A DNA stretch of 60,238 nt, the filler included, from Myxococcota bacterium (GTDB taxonomy: Bacteria; Myxococcota; Myxococcia; Myxococcales; Myxococcaceae): the NCBI GenBank assembly GCA_049322255.1. It is 6 parts of 6 records of this genome, joined end to end, with 100 filler letters (N's around TTAATTAATTAA, not from the genome) between each part and the next. Parts side by side here need not be neighbours in the genome. Positions count along the whole stretch, not along the records: positions 10,739 to 21,069 come from JBMORE010000130.1; positions 21,170 to 31,390 come from JBMORE010000131.1; 4 more parts are not named here. One strand, 5' to 3'. Position numbers and translations under genes: made by a program. The notes beneath the pieces were generated by a model. That model searched no databases. It was not told the origin of the DNA and was given only the letters and a program-made list of their open reading frames with translations. Below are positions 18,740 to 28,201 of the stretch, piece by piece (position 1 is the first letter of the stretch; each line of letters opens with the position of its first letter).

Positions 18740-20218
18740 TCATCCTCGAGACGCGTCCCAGGCGGGCGCGAGGTAGCGGCGGCCGTCCGCCGTCTTGGGT
18801 GTGATGGCATCGTCGGAAAACACCTTGCGGTCCCACAATTGGCAAGTCACCACCTCGTGGGCTTGGTCCAGCCCCTCGCAGTAGCTGGTGAAGAGGCAAC
18901 GACGCACTTCTTCTCCCCGCCCCAGGCGTATCTTCCTGAACCAGTCGGGGTCGGCGAGCGTCTGGCGCGCCGAAGCGATGATGTCCGCCTGGCCGGCCCG
19001 GAGCGCCTCTTCCGCCTGCCAGAAGCTGGCGATGCCCCCGCAGGCCACCACCGGAGTCGGGAAGCCCGCCTCCACCAGCGCACGTTTGACGCGGGCGGTA
19101 TCGGCGAGGTTTCGCCCGAACGGCCCGGGTGGAGCGATGCGGGGCGTGGGCATGCACTCGTGACCGGAGGGCCCGGTATACGGGTAGGCCGCCCAGCCCA
19201 CTTTGGGCTGTTTGGCGTCCTCGAACTTTCCTCCGCGAGAAAGCGAGAGGTAGTCCATGCCCGCGCGCGCCAGCTCGACGCCGAAGTAGGCAGCGTCGTC
19301 CACCCGGCTGCCACCCTCGATGATTTCGTCGGTGAGGAAGCGGCAACCCAGCGCGGCGCGCGTCCCCACCGCTTCGCGGGCGGCGCGGAAGACTTCCAGC
19401 GGCAGACGCCCCCGGTTTTCCCGCGGGCCTCCGTAGCCGTCGTCGCGGGTGTTCTTCGCCGAAAGAAAGCTCGCCATCGTGTACGCGTGGGCAAAGTGCA
19501 GCTCCACGCCGTCGAAGCCTGCCTGCACACAGCGGTTGGCGGCGTCGGCAAAGAGCTTCGGCAACACCGTTGGCAGCTCGCGGATGTGGGGGAGGTGGGT
19601 GTCGGTCACCCGCTCGCGGTAGCCGTAGCGCAACGACTCCAAGTCGCGGGTCGAAAGAACCTTCTCCACAGCCGCCTCGTCGAGAGACACCAGCCGCTCG
19701 CGCACGGTAGCTTCGCCGACGTCGGTCCACTCGGATTCGCCCAGGTGCGCCGCCAGCCGCTCGCGCAAGGCCGTGTCCACCGTGAGGAAGCGGGAGAAGA
19801 ACTTCTCCTTCGTTGGGCGGCGGCGAATGGGGAGAAAGTCGATGATTTGAATGAAGAGCCGGGTGCGGCCGCCGCTGGCCCGCCGGACCGTCTCCACCAG
19901 CTGGGCAAGCCCGGGGCGGTAACGGTCGTGGCCCACGCGCAAGAGCGGCCCACTGGGGATGTCGCGAATGCCGGTCGCCTCCACCACCAGGACGCCCGGC
20001 TCGCCGCGGGCGAAGCGCTCGTACCAGGCGAGCACCTGAGGGGTGACGAAGCCGTCGTCGGTGGCGCGCCAGGGGACCATCGCCGGCACCCAGGTGCGCT
20101 CGCGGATTTGCAGCGGGCCGACGCGCACCGGAGAAAACCAGCGCGAGCTTTCCGCCTCCTCGCGGGTCGGCCAGCGCGGCACGGGTAAGAGTTTCTCGCG
20201 GCGGCGGTCGACGCACAT
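18740..20218 (-). CDS. NADH:flavin oxidoreductase (old yellow enzyme family)
   Basis: AGFDGVELHFAHAY, NTRDDGYGG, ARQTLADPDW. Confidence 0.9.
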   Translation of the reverse strand: MCVDRRREKLLPVPRWPTREEAESSRWFSPVRVGPLQIRERTWVPAMVPWRATDDGFVTPQVLAWYERFARGEPGVLVVEATGIRDIPSGPLLRVGHDRYRPGLAQLVETVRRASGGRTRLFIQIIDFLPIRRRPTKEKFFSRFLTVDTALRERLAAHLGESEWTDVGEATVRERLVSLDEAAVEKVLSTRDLESLRYGYRERVTDTHLPHIRELPTVLPKLFADAANRCVQAGFDGVELHFAHAYTMASFLSAKNTRDDGYGGPRENRGRLPLEVFRAAREAVGTRAALGCRFLTDEIIEGGSRVDDAAYFGVELARAGMDYLSLSRGGKFEDAKQPKVGWAAYPYTGPSGHECMPTPRIAPPGPFGRNLADTARVKRALVEAGFPTPVVACGGIASFWQAEEALRAGQADIIASARQTLADPDWFRKIRLGRGEEVRRCLFTSYCEGLDQAHEVVTCQLWDRKVFSDDAITPKTADGRRYLAPAWDASRG

Positions 20219-20269
20219 GTCGCCGACGTACGGGAAAGCCGGCGTGCCGTCCAGCAGAGCGGGGATGTC

Positions 20270-20692
20270 TCAGCTCTCAGGCGAGATGAGGCGGCGACAC
20301 AGGCCATGCACGAACCCCAGCTGCTCGGCGGCGCGCTCCGCGTCAGGCTGTCCGAAGAGCTGCTCGGCGGGTATGCCTTGACGCTCGTCGCCATAGAAAG
20401 AGATGCCGCGGTCGCCTGCCAGCTCGGAGGAGATGGAAGCGAGATGGTCGACTTCGGCCGCGAACCATTCGGGGAAACGGTCCCGTATGCGGCGCAGGGG
20501 CTCGGCGACGTCATGCGTGCGCGTCACCTCCAGCCCGACGTGCCGAAGCGCCGCTTTGAGGAGGAGCTCCACGCACTCCTGTGCTTCGCGCACCGTGACC
20601 GCCCAGTGCCCTTCGCTCTTCGCCAGCTGAACGAGCTTCAGCCGCGCTTCGGCCTGTGCCAGGTAGTGTCGCGCCATTCCCTCGGCAGTCAC
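20270..20692 (-). CDS. HEPN domain protein (MNT-HEPN pair)
   Basis: AQECVELLLKAAL..RTHDV...RGISFYGD; GTG start overlaps the MNT stop (GTGA). Confidence 0.85.
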   Translation of the reverse strand: MTAEGMARHYLAQAEARLKLVQLAKSEGHWAVTVREAQECVELLLKAALRHVGLEVTRTHDVAEPLRRIRDRFPEWFAAEVDHLASISSELAGDRGISFYGDERQGIPAEQLFGQPDAERAAEQLGFVHGLCRRLISPES

Positions 20693-21069
20693 AGCTCGAT
20701 CCGATCCCCGGGCTCGTAGTCGGGCTTCAAGTCCCAATACCAGGAGCCGTCGGGCAAAAAGACGCGGCGCGACCCCAGCGACCTCATGCGCTCCCGGAGG
20801 CCCTCGAGGACGGAAGCGAAGAAGCCGCCGCGGTCGAACAGAAGGACGGCGTCCTCGGTCATGTCCAAATAGAGCGGCGAGCGATAAAGCGCTTCCTGTT
20901 CGTTTTTGAGAACGACGCTCATCTCGGCGGAGTGTCCAAGTTCGCGCAGACGGCGCAACTCGGGCGCGGCGTCCGCGGTCGCCTGGTCGAAGCGCGCTCG
21001 GCGCTCAAACTGCGGACGGGGAAGGTCTCGGCACACCACCAGAAGGTCGATGTCCGAGTCTTTGGTGGC
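20689..21069 (-). CDS. minimal nucleotidyltransferase (MNT), 5' truncated by contig end
   Basis: ATKDSDIDLLVV DxD motif; SPLYLDM..DAVLLFDR; WYWDLKPD tail. Confidence 0.85.
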   Translation of the reverse strand, partial: ATKDSDIDLLVVCRDLPRPQFERRARFDQATADAAPELRRLRELGHSAEMSVVLKNEQEALYRSPLYLDMTEDAVLLFDRGGFFASVLEGLRERMRSLGSRRVFLPDGSWYWDLKPDYEPGDRIEL

Positions 21070-21169
21070 NNNNNNNNNNNNNNNNNNNNNNNNNNNNNNN
21101 NNNNNNNNNNNNNTTAATTAATTAANNNNNNNNNNNNNNNNNNNNNNNNNNNNNNNNNNNNNNNNNNNN
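21070..21169. other. artificial contig linker
   Basis: N44-TTAATTAATTAA-N44. Confidence 0.99.
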
Positions 21170-21643
21170 ACCGGAACGGCCATCGGCACCTGGCGGAATG
21201 GCACCACCATTCAGGCTCGGCGCTTCGATTTCGCTGCTCGCAGCACCGCCGGCCCGTTCACCATCGGGACGTCCAGTACCTCCGCCATCCCTTCGATTGC
21301 CATGAACGCGAGCGGTCAGGCGGTCATCCTCTGGAGCGATGGAAACCAGATGCTGGCCAATCATTACGTCGCCGGGAGCTGGGGTGGGGCACAGACCGTG
21401 AACGCGTCCGCGGGCGACACGACCGACCGCTCGGTCGTCCTCGATGCCAGCGGGAACGCGGTGGCAGTCTGGAGCTTCACCGGCTACGTCTACGCCAGCC
21501 AGTACCTGGCCGGCACCGGCTGGGGGAGCCGGCAAACGCTCTCCACCAACGGTACACGCCCCACCATCGCCATCGACGGCACCGGCGCCGCCGTCGCCCT
21601 TTGGACCGACGGAAACTCGATGTGGGCGAGCTGGTTCGAGTAG
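21170..21643 (+). CDS. C-terminal fragment of a beta-propeller-like repeat protein
   Basis: frame open from contig start; repeats IAMNASGQAVILW, VLDASGNAVAVW, IAIDGTGAAVALW. Confidence 0.75.
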   Translation, partial: TGTAIGTWRNGTTIQARRFDFAARSTAGPFTIGTSSTSAIPSIAMNASGQAVILWSDGNQMLANHYVAGSWGGAQTVNASAGDTTDRSVVLDASGNAVAVWSFTGYVYASQYLAGTGWGSRQTLSTNGTRPTIAIDGTGAAVALWTDGNSMWASWFE

Positions 21644-21680
21644 GATCCGCGCCCTCTCGCTTTTCCGAAGGGGGCAACAC

Positions 21681-22424
21681 ATGCGATTCGGCATTCTGGC
21701 GATGGCGGTTGCAGTCCTGGTGGCGTGCGGAGACCCGGCGCCGCCGCTCCCTCCCAAAGACTCGATGACCGTCGACTTCAGCGCCATGGACAACAGCGGC
21801 GCGCTCATCGACCCCAACGCCAAGACCCACTGGACTCAGGCCGCGGTGCGGGTGGGCATTCTCAACTTGTGGATTGGCTTGGGCCTCACCCCTGAGGTCG
21901 CCGTCTTCCACGCGGCGTTCTCCCAGAAGCCCAAGGCGACCAAGGAGGGCTGGGAGTGGTCCTACTCGGTGAAGAACCTCCAGGTGGACGCGACCGCCAC
22001 CCTCAGCGCGAAGATGGACGGCAAGGCCTCGGTCTGGGAGATGCGCGTCAATGGCAAGGTGGGCAATGAGCAGCTGACGAACTTCCTCTGGTACGACGGC
22101 CGCTACGAGGTCTCCACCGGCCACTGGCAGATCTACAACCAGGCCGGCAAGCTGGTGCGCATCGACTGGACGGTGAACAGCCCCACCGACAAGCAGCTCA
22201 AGTTCACCAACAACACCGGCACCGCCGACGACGGAGCCTTCGTCGACTACAAGCTCTTGGCTGACGCCGCGAGCGTCTCCTATGACTTGAAGCAGAACAA
22301 GCAGGCCGACATCGCCTGGAGCGTCTCCACCAAGGTCGGCTCCATCACCGCCGCCGATTACACCGGCCACGAGAACCAAAAGGCCTGCTGGAACGCGCAG
22401 CTCTTCGACGCGGCCTGTCCGTAA
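21681..22424 (+). CDS. hypothetical lipoprotein
   Basis: MRFGILAMAVAVLVAC lipobox; beta-rich mature domain. Confidence 0.8.
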   Translation: MRFGILAMAVAVLVACGDPAPPLPPKDSMTVDFSAMDNSGALIDPNAKTHWTQAAVRVGILNLWIGLGLTPEVAVFHAAFSQKPKATKEGWEWSYSVKNLQVDATATLSAKMDGKASVWEMRVNGKVGNEQLTNFLWYDGRYEVSTGHWQIYNQAGKLVRIDWTVNSPTDKQLKFTNNTGTADDGAFVDYKLLADAASVSYDLKQNKQADIAWSVSTKVGSITAADYTGHENQKACWNAQLFDAACP

Positions 22425-22494
22425 AAGTCCGGCACGGTCGGCACCAGCGGGTTAGCTGATCCGCCGCGCTCCTTGCGCTAGGGTCGCTTTCCCC

Positions 22495-24468
22495 ATGGTG
22501 CCGAACCGACAGCCGATGACGCTCACCCAGAAGGTTTTGGCCCATCACGCGGTGGGCCTCACCCGGCCCTGGGTGCAGGCGGGCGACATCCTCCAGATTC
22601 GCGTCGACTGGACGATCGCCAGCGAGCTCGCCTGGAACGGGATGGAGCGGACCTACCAGGCGCTCGGCCGTCCAAAAATCCACGACGCGGGCCGCTTCTT
22701 TCTTGCCGTCGACCACACCGTCGATCCGGTCACCCTGGCCAAGGACCCGCGGGCGCAGAAGCTCACCCAGCTCTCCCGCGACTTCGCCCAGGAAGCCGGC
22801 CTGCGCCACTTCTACGACGCCAACGTCACCATCCTCCACACCAAGTTCTACCGAGACCTGGTGCAGCCAGGGCAGGTGGTGCTGGGGGCCGACTCGCACA
22901 CCTCCTCGCACGGAGGCTTAGGCGCGTTCTCCATTGGCTTGGGCGGGGCGGACATCACCGCCGCGATGGTGCTCGGCCAGTCGTGGATCGAGGTCCCCGA
23001 AGCCATCGCCGTCGATTACCTGGGCGAGCTGCCTTTTGGCATCGGCGGCAAGGACGTCATCCTAAAGACGCTGGGCGACTTAGGACGCAACACCGTGGCG
23101 ATGGAGCGCACCGTCGAGTACCGCGGCGAGGCGACCCGCCACTGGTCGACCGACATGCGCTTCACCATCGCCAACATGACCGCTGAGTTCGGGGGGCTCA
23201 ACGGCATCTTCGAGGCCGACGAGGTGGTGGCCGATTGGCTCGCCCACCGCCGCTCCGAGAACGAGGGAGCGCTCTATTTCCGAGCCGACGACGACGCTCC
23301 CTACGTGGCGCGCTACCCCATTCGCCTCGACCGTCTGGGGCCGCTGGTCGCCAAGCCCTTCTCTCCCGACAACGTGATGGAGGTGGAGAAGGCGATGGGG
23401 ATGAAGCTCGACGGCTGCTTCATCGGCGCCTGCACCACCACCGAGGAAGAGCTGGTGCTCGCCGCCCTCGTCCTCGAGCAAGCCTTCAAAGACCGCCCCG
23501 CGCGGCCGGCCTCGCCCAAGCTTTTGGTGGTGCCGGGCGACCTCTCCATCCAGGAGCGCCTGCGGCAGGGCGACCTGTGGCGTCACTACGAGAAGGCGGG
23601 CTTTCGCATCGGGCCGCCGGGCTGCTCGATGTGTCTGGGGGTGGCCTCGGAGAAGGCGCTCCCGGGAGAAACCTGGCTCTCTTCGCAGAACCGCAACTAC
23701 GAGAATCGCATGGGTGAAGGCAGCCTCGCCTATCTCGCCTCGGGCGCCACCGTGGCCGCCTCCGCCGCGGAGATGAAAGTCGCCGACCCGCGGCCGCTCT
23801 TGGCGAACATCGACCGCGCCCGCTACGAGAAGCTGCTCTTCCGCGATACCCACCGGCCGCTTCCCTCCATCACCTCCAGCGAGCCTAAGGTCGAAGTCGC
23901 CTTCGCTGCGTCGGCGAAAGCCGACGGCGGCGAAGCTGCCTCCCAGGTGCTTCACGGCCGGGTGCAGGCTTTCGCAGACCACGTCGACACCGACGCCATC
24001 ATCCCCGGCCAGTTTTGTCACCTGACCCAGCTTCCGGCGCTGGGCGAGAAGTGTTTCCACTTCGTGCGTCCCGAGTTCGCCGCGCGCGCCAAGGGAGGGC
24101 AGAACATCGTCGTCGCCGGCGAAGGGTGGGGCTCGGGCAGCTCGCGCGAACAGGCGGTGTGGGCCCTCATGGGGGCGGGTGTCGTGGCGGTGGTGGCCAA
24201 GAGCTACGCCTTCATCCACAAGCGCAACCTCGTCAACGAGGCGCTCCCGTACTTGGTGGTGACCGACCCCGCCTTCTACGCACTCGCTCGGGAGAACGAG
24301 GAGCTCTCCATCGACCTGGGCGCGGGCATGGTGACTCACCTAGCGTCGGGAAAGACTTTCAAGGCCGAGCGCCCAAGCCCCATCGTGCAGGCGCTGCAGC
24401 GTGAGGGCGGGCTGGTGCCGGCGATCAAGCGTCACGGCAAGGCCGTGTTTCAGGCGCTGTCGGCATGA
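22495..24468 (+). CDS. aconitase-family dehydratase, fused LeuC+LeuD (isopropylmalate isomerase/homoaconitase-like)
   Basis: GADSHT, GACTT and PGCSMC [4Fe-4S] ligands, NRNYENRMG; C-terminal swivel DTDAIIP..GSGSSREQA. Confidence 0.9.
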   Translation: MVPNRQPMTLTQKVLAHHAVGLTRPWVQAGDILQIRVDWTIASELAWNGMERTYQALGRPKIHDAGRFFLAVDHTVDPVTLAKDPRAQKLTQLSRDFAQEAGLRHFYDANVTILHTKFYRDLVQPGQVVLGADSHTSSHGGLGAFSIGLGGADITAAMVLGQSWIEVPEAIAVDYLGELPFGIGGKDVILKTLGDLGRNTVAMERTVEYRGEATRHWSTDMRFTIANMTAEFGGLNGIFEADEVVADWLAHRRSENEGALYFRADDDAPYVARYPIRLDRLGPLVAKPFSPDNVMEVEKAMGMKLDGCFIGACTTTEEELVLAALVLEQAFKDRPARPASPKLLVVPGDLSIQERLRQGDLWRHYEKAGFRIGPPGCSMCLGVASEKALPGETWLSSQNRNYENRMGEGSLAYLASGATVAASAAEMKVADPRPLLANIDRARYEKLLFRDTHRPLPSITSSEPKVEVAFAASAKADGGEAASQVLHGRVQAFADHVDTDAIIPGQFCHLTQLPALGEKCFHFVRPEFAARAKGGQNIVVAGEGWGSGSSREQAVWALMGAGVVAVVAKSYAFIHKRNLVNEALPYLVVTDPAFYALARENEELSIDLGAGMVTHLASGKTFKAERPSPIVQALQREGGLVPAIKRHGKAVFQALSA

Positions 24469-24478
24469 AGAGGCCCAC

Positions 24479-25123
24479 GTGGTGAACGTGCTCGACCTCT
24501 TCATCGGCCTCGTGGGGCTGGCGCTGGCCGGGTTCGTTCTCCAGAAGAACCTCTGGCGGGCCCTGCTCTGCGTGGCGCCGCACAGCATGCGCATCGAGCC
24601 CGACGCACCCGCCGATGCGATGAGAGTGCCCGGAGAACTTTCGCGGCTGGAGGCCGACGTGAAGGCGCTGGGCTTTGTCCCCATCGGCAGCCGCCTCGAG
24701 CGTCCCCGCTTGACCAAAGAGCTGGTCAGCTACGACTTCGCTCACGTGGAAGATAAAGTCTTCGTCACCCTCTATCTGGGGCGCGACCGCCGGCCGCGGC
24801 TCTACTTTTTGAGCCACACCGATCGCGACGCCTTCGTCATCACCGCCAACTACCGCCGCCCGGCGCGCGAGGTGCCCGGCCGTTATTTTTGTGGAGCCTT
24901 GGAGGACGCCTCCACCGAGCGTGTCTTCAAGGCTCATCAGCGCCGCGTGGCGTCGTTCGGAAGCCCGGTGGGCCGCTTCGACCAAGAGGGCAGGCTGGCG
25001 GCCGCGCGTGCGTGGTTTGGCGGCCCCGGCAAGGTAGAGGTGCGGTTGCAGAACCTGCACGGGCTGTTGTGGAGCGTGGGCACCCTTGGCATGGTGGCCG
25101 CGGCGTTGTTCGGCAAGCGATAG
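24479..25123 (+). CDS. hypothetical membrane protein
   Basis: N- and C-terminal TM segments; fills the operon gap. Confidence 0.7.
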   Translation: MVNVLDLFIGLVGLALAGFVLQKNLWRALLCVAPHSMRIEPDAPADAMRVPGELSRLEADVKALGFVPIGSRLERPRLTKELVSYDFAHVEDKVFVTLYLGRDRRPRLYFLSHTDRDAFVITANYRRPAREVPGRYFCGALEDASTERVFKAHQRRVASFGSPVGRFDQEGRLAAARAWFGGPGKVEVRLQNLHGLLWSVGTLGMVAAALFGKR

Positions 25124-25131
25124 GAGGAGCG

Positions 25132-26328
25132 ATGAAGACGGTGTCTCAGCATGAGGAGATTTGGTTTCTCTCCGGCAAACGCACCCCGTTCGGGACCTTC
25201 GGCGGCACCCTCAAAGACTGGACCGCCACCGACCTCGCAGTGGAATCGGCGAAGGCGGCGCTCGCCCAGGCCAAGGTGTCGCCGGAGGACATTCAGCACG
25301 TCGTCTACGGCAACGTCATTCAGACCTCCGCCGACGCCATCTACCTGCCGCGCCACGTGGGGCTTCGCAGCGGAGTGCCGGTGCCGGTGCCCGCGCTGGG
25401 CGTCAACCGCTTGTGCGGCTCGGGTTTTCAGGCCTTCGTCACCGCCGCAGAGCTGATGCTCACCGGGCAGGCGAGCGTGGTGCTGGCCGGCGGCACGGAA
25501 TCGATGAGCCAGGCGCCGCACGTCATCCGCGGGGCGCGCTGGGGCCTTCCATTGGGCAAGGGCGGCCTGGAGGATTCGTTGTGGAGCGCGCTCACCGACA
25601 GCTACACCGGGGCGGCGATGGCCCTCACCGCCGAGAACCTCGCCGAGCAGTACAAGCTCTCCCAGGACCAAGTCGACGAGTATTCGCTCCTCTCCCAGAA
25701 GCGCTTCGCCGCTGCCCAGGAGGCTGGCCGCTTGAAAAGCGAGATGGCGCCCGTCGAGCTCAAGTCGAAGAAGGGCAACACCTTCTTCGAGAAGGACGAG
25801 CACAACCGCCCCGACACCACCTTGGAGGGCCTCAAGAAGCTGCCCAAAGTCTTCAAGAAGGATGGAGTGGTGCACGCGGGCGCCGCCTCGGGCATCTGCG
25901 ACGGCGCGGCGAGCGCGGTGCTCGCCACCCGCACCTGGGCGGAGAAGAAGGGGCTGGCTCCCTTGGGCAAGCTCCTCCACTGGGCGGTGAGCGGGTGCGA
26001 CCCGAAAATCATGGGCATCGGTCCGGTGCCGGCGATTCGCCAGCTGCTTCAGCGCTCGCAGTTGCGTCTCGCCGACGTCGACTTGTTCGAGGTCAACGAG
26101 GCCTTCGCGCCCCAGTATCTCGCGGTGGAGAAGGAGCTGGGTTTGCCGCGCGAGAAGACCAACGTCGACGGAGGAGCCATCGCCGTAGGTCACCCGCTGG
26201 GCGCCTCGGGGGCCCGCCTCACCATCCACCTGCTCTACGAGCTTTCTCGCCGCGGTCTCAAGTACGGCATCGGCTCGGCGTGCATCGGTGGGGGACAGGG
26301 CATCGCCGTGCTCGTGGAGGCGGTGTAG
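25132..26328 (+). CDS. acetyl-CoA C-acetyltransferase (thiolase)
   Basis: NRLCGSG, NEAFA, GHPLGASG, CIGGGQG; GGAGG RBS before ATG 25132. Confidence 0.96.
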   Translation: MKTVSQHEEIWFLSGKRTPFGTFGGTLKDWTATDLAVESAKAALAQAKVSPEDIQHVVYGNVIQTSADAIYLPRHVGLRSGVPVPVPALGVNRLCGSGFQAFVTAAELMLTGQASVVLAGGTESMSQAPHVIRGARWGLPLGKGGLEDSLWSALTDSYTGAAMALTAENLAEQYKLSQDQVDEYSLLSQKRFAAAQEAGRLKSEMAPVELKSKKGNTFFEKDEHNRPDTTLEGLKKLPKVFKKDGVVHAGAASGICDGAASAVLATRTWAEKKGLAPLGKLLHWAVSGCDPKIMGIGPVPAIRQLLQRSQLRLADVDLFEVNEAFAPQYLAVEKELGLPREKTNVDGGAIAVGHPLGASGARLTIHLLYELSRRGLKYGIGSACIGGGQGIAVLVEAV

Positions 26329-26400
26329 GGCTTTCGAACGCCTTGACGGCGCGCTCTCCTCCCACTAACCACTGAACCTCACTCCTGACGGACGACCCCG

Positions 26401-26625
26401 ATGACCGAACCGATTGACCCCAAGGTGGCGCGCGAGCGGGCCAAGCAGATCGCCGAGCAGCGGCGTGCCGAGCGGAAAAGCCGCAAGCGCAAGTGCGCGC
26501 TGTGTGGGGTCGAGGAGTCGGAGAAGACCCCCTTCGTCGCTCACCCCGACGGCATCGGTCCCACCTGCCGCGACCAGACCGTGTGCCCGCACTACGCGGC
26601 GATGAAGCAACAGCAGCGCGGATGA
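26401..26625 (+). CDS. small basic putative Zn-binding protein (74 aa)
   Basis: CALC...H...C.....CPH; stop overlaps the next start (ATGA). Confidence 0.75.
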   Translation: MTEPIDPKVARERAKQIAEQRRAERKSRKRKCALCGVEESEKTPFVAHPDGIGPTCRDQTVCPHYAAMKQQQRG

Positions 26626-27914
26626 AGCGGCCGCCTTCGGCGCCCGCTCGCGACGAAGGCGCCATCATTCACGACTGGAACGCGCTTCGGCCCTCGCCCC
26701 GGCCGGAGCATCCCTTCGACTTCAACGACGAAACCTTACGCGACGGGGTGCAGTCGCCCTCGGTGGTCGACCCCAGCGTGGAGGACAAGAAAGAGCTCCT
26801 CGAGCTGATGCACGACGTCGGCGTTCGCACCGCGGACATCGGGCTGCCCGGCGCCGGCAAGCGCGCCTTCGACGACGTGGTGGCGCTCGCCAAGCACATT
26901 CAGAAGAAGAAGCTCTCCATCGCCCCCAACTGTGCGGCCCGCACCGTGCTCGCCGACATCGCTCCGGTGGCCGAGGCCGCCCAGCGCGCCGGGCAGCCCA
27001 TCGCCGTCTACACCTTCATCGGCTCCTCGCCGATTCGCCAGTGGGCGGAGGAGTGGTCGCTGGAGCTCATCCGCAAGATGTCGGCCGACGCCATCTCCTT
27101 CGCGGTGAAGCAGGGCCTGAAGGTCGCCTACGTCACCGAGGACACCACCCGCTCCTCCCCTTTGGCGCTGGAGGTGCTCTTTCGGAGCGCGATCGACCAC
27201 GGGGCGAGCCGGTTGGTGCTGTGCGACACGGTGGGCCACGCGACTCCTTTAGGGGTGCGCGCCCTGGTGGAGTGGACGCGCTCGCTCATCGCCTCCACCG
27301 GCGCCGAGGTGAAGATCGACTGGCACGGGCACAACGACCGGGGCTTGGCGGTGGTGAACGCCATCGCCGCCCTCGAGGCGGGCGCGCACCGCCTGCACGC
27401 CTGTGGGCTGGGAGTGGGGGAGCGGGTGGGCAACACCTCGATGGATTTGCTCTTGCTCAACTTGAAGCTGATGGGGTGGATCGACCAGGACCTCTCGGCG
27501 CTGGTGCCCTATGTGAAGAAGGTCTCGGAGGCGACCCAAGTCGCCATTCCGGTGAACTATCCGCTCTCGGGGGCCGACGCCTTTCGCACTGCCACCGGGG
27601 TGCACGCGGCGGCGATCATCAAGGCGAAGAAGAAGGGCGACGACTGGTTGGCCGACCGGGTGTACTCCGGCGTGCCCGCCGGCGAATTCGGTAAAGCGCA
27701 GGAAATCGAAGTCGGCCACATGAGCGGGATGAGCAACGTCCGCTTCTGGCTCGAGCAGCGAAAGCTCTCCGTTTCCGACGAGGTGCAAAGGGCGATTCTG
27801 GCCAAGGCCAAGGGCTGCGCCTGGACGCTCACCGAGCAGGAGATTCTCGAGGTCATTCGCCCGAAGAAGAAGCCGAAAAAGCCCGCGCCCCGCCGCAAGG
27901 CCGCGCGCGGTTAG
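26622..27914 (+). CDS. LeuA-family DRE-TIM metallolyase (2-isopropylmalate/homocitrate synthase-like) without regulatory domain
   Basis: DETLRDGVQS, CDTVG, HGHNDRG, GERVGN, GVHAAAI; ~430 aa. Confidence 0.9.
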   Translation: MKRPPSAPARDEGAIIHDWNALRPSPRPEHPFDFNDETLRDGVQSPSVVDPSVEDKKELLELMHDVGVRTADIGLPGAGKRAFDDVVALAKHIQKKKLSIAPNCAARTVLADIAPVAEAAQRAGQPIAVYTFIGSSPIRQWAEEWSLELIRKMSADAISFAVKQGLKVAYVTEDTTRSSPLALEVLFRSAIDHGASRLVLCDTVGHATPLGVRALVEWTRSLIASTGAEVKIDWHGHNDRGLAVVNAIAALEAGAHRLHACGLGVGERVGNTSMDLLLLNLKLMGWIDQDLSALVPYVKKVSEATQVAIPVNYPLSGADAFRTATGVHAAAIIKAKKKGDDWLADRVYSGVPAGEFGKAQEIEVGHMSGMSNVRFWLEQRKLSVSDEVQRAILAKAKGCAWTLTEQEILEVIRPKKKPKKPAPRRKAARG

Positions 27915-27962
27915 GTTGCCTCGGGGTTCGGTTTACGACTAAAGACCAAGGCCCACGGAGGG

Positions 27963-28163
27963 ATGGGTATGGGAGCGACGAACTTCACCGGCATCAAGGT
28001 GTTCTCCACCACGTTGGCCCGCGACCGCGAGCAGATGGGGGAGAACATCACCAAGTGGATCAAAGACAACCCCGGCTTGGAGATCGTCGACCGGGTGGTG
28101 ACGCAGTCCTCCGACAAGGAGTTTCACTGCCTGACCATCACCCTCTTTTACCGCCCGAAGTGA
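27963..28163 (+). CDS. small hypothetical protein (66 aa)
   Basis: GGAGG RBS; strongly biased codons; KVFSTTLARDRE..VTQSSDKEFHCLTITLFY. Confidence 0.8.
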   Translation: MGMGATNFTGIKVFSTTLARDREQMGENITKWIKDNPGLEIVDRVVTQSSDKEFHCLTITLFYRPK

Positions 28164-28201
28164 AGCGCGCCGGGAACACCGGCCTTACACTTCGGTTGCC
28201 A

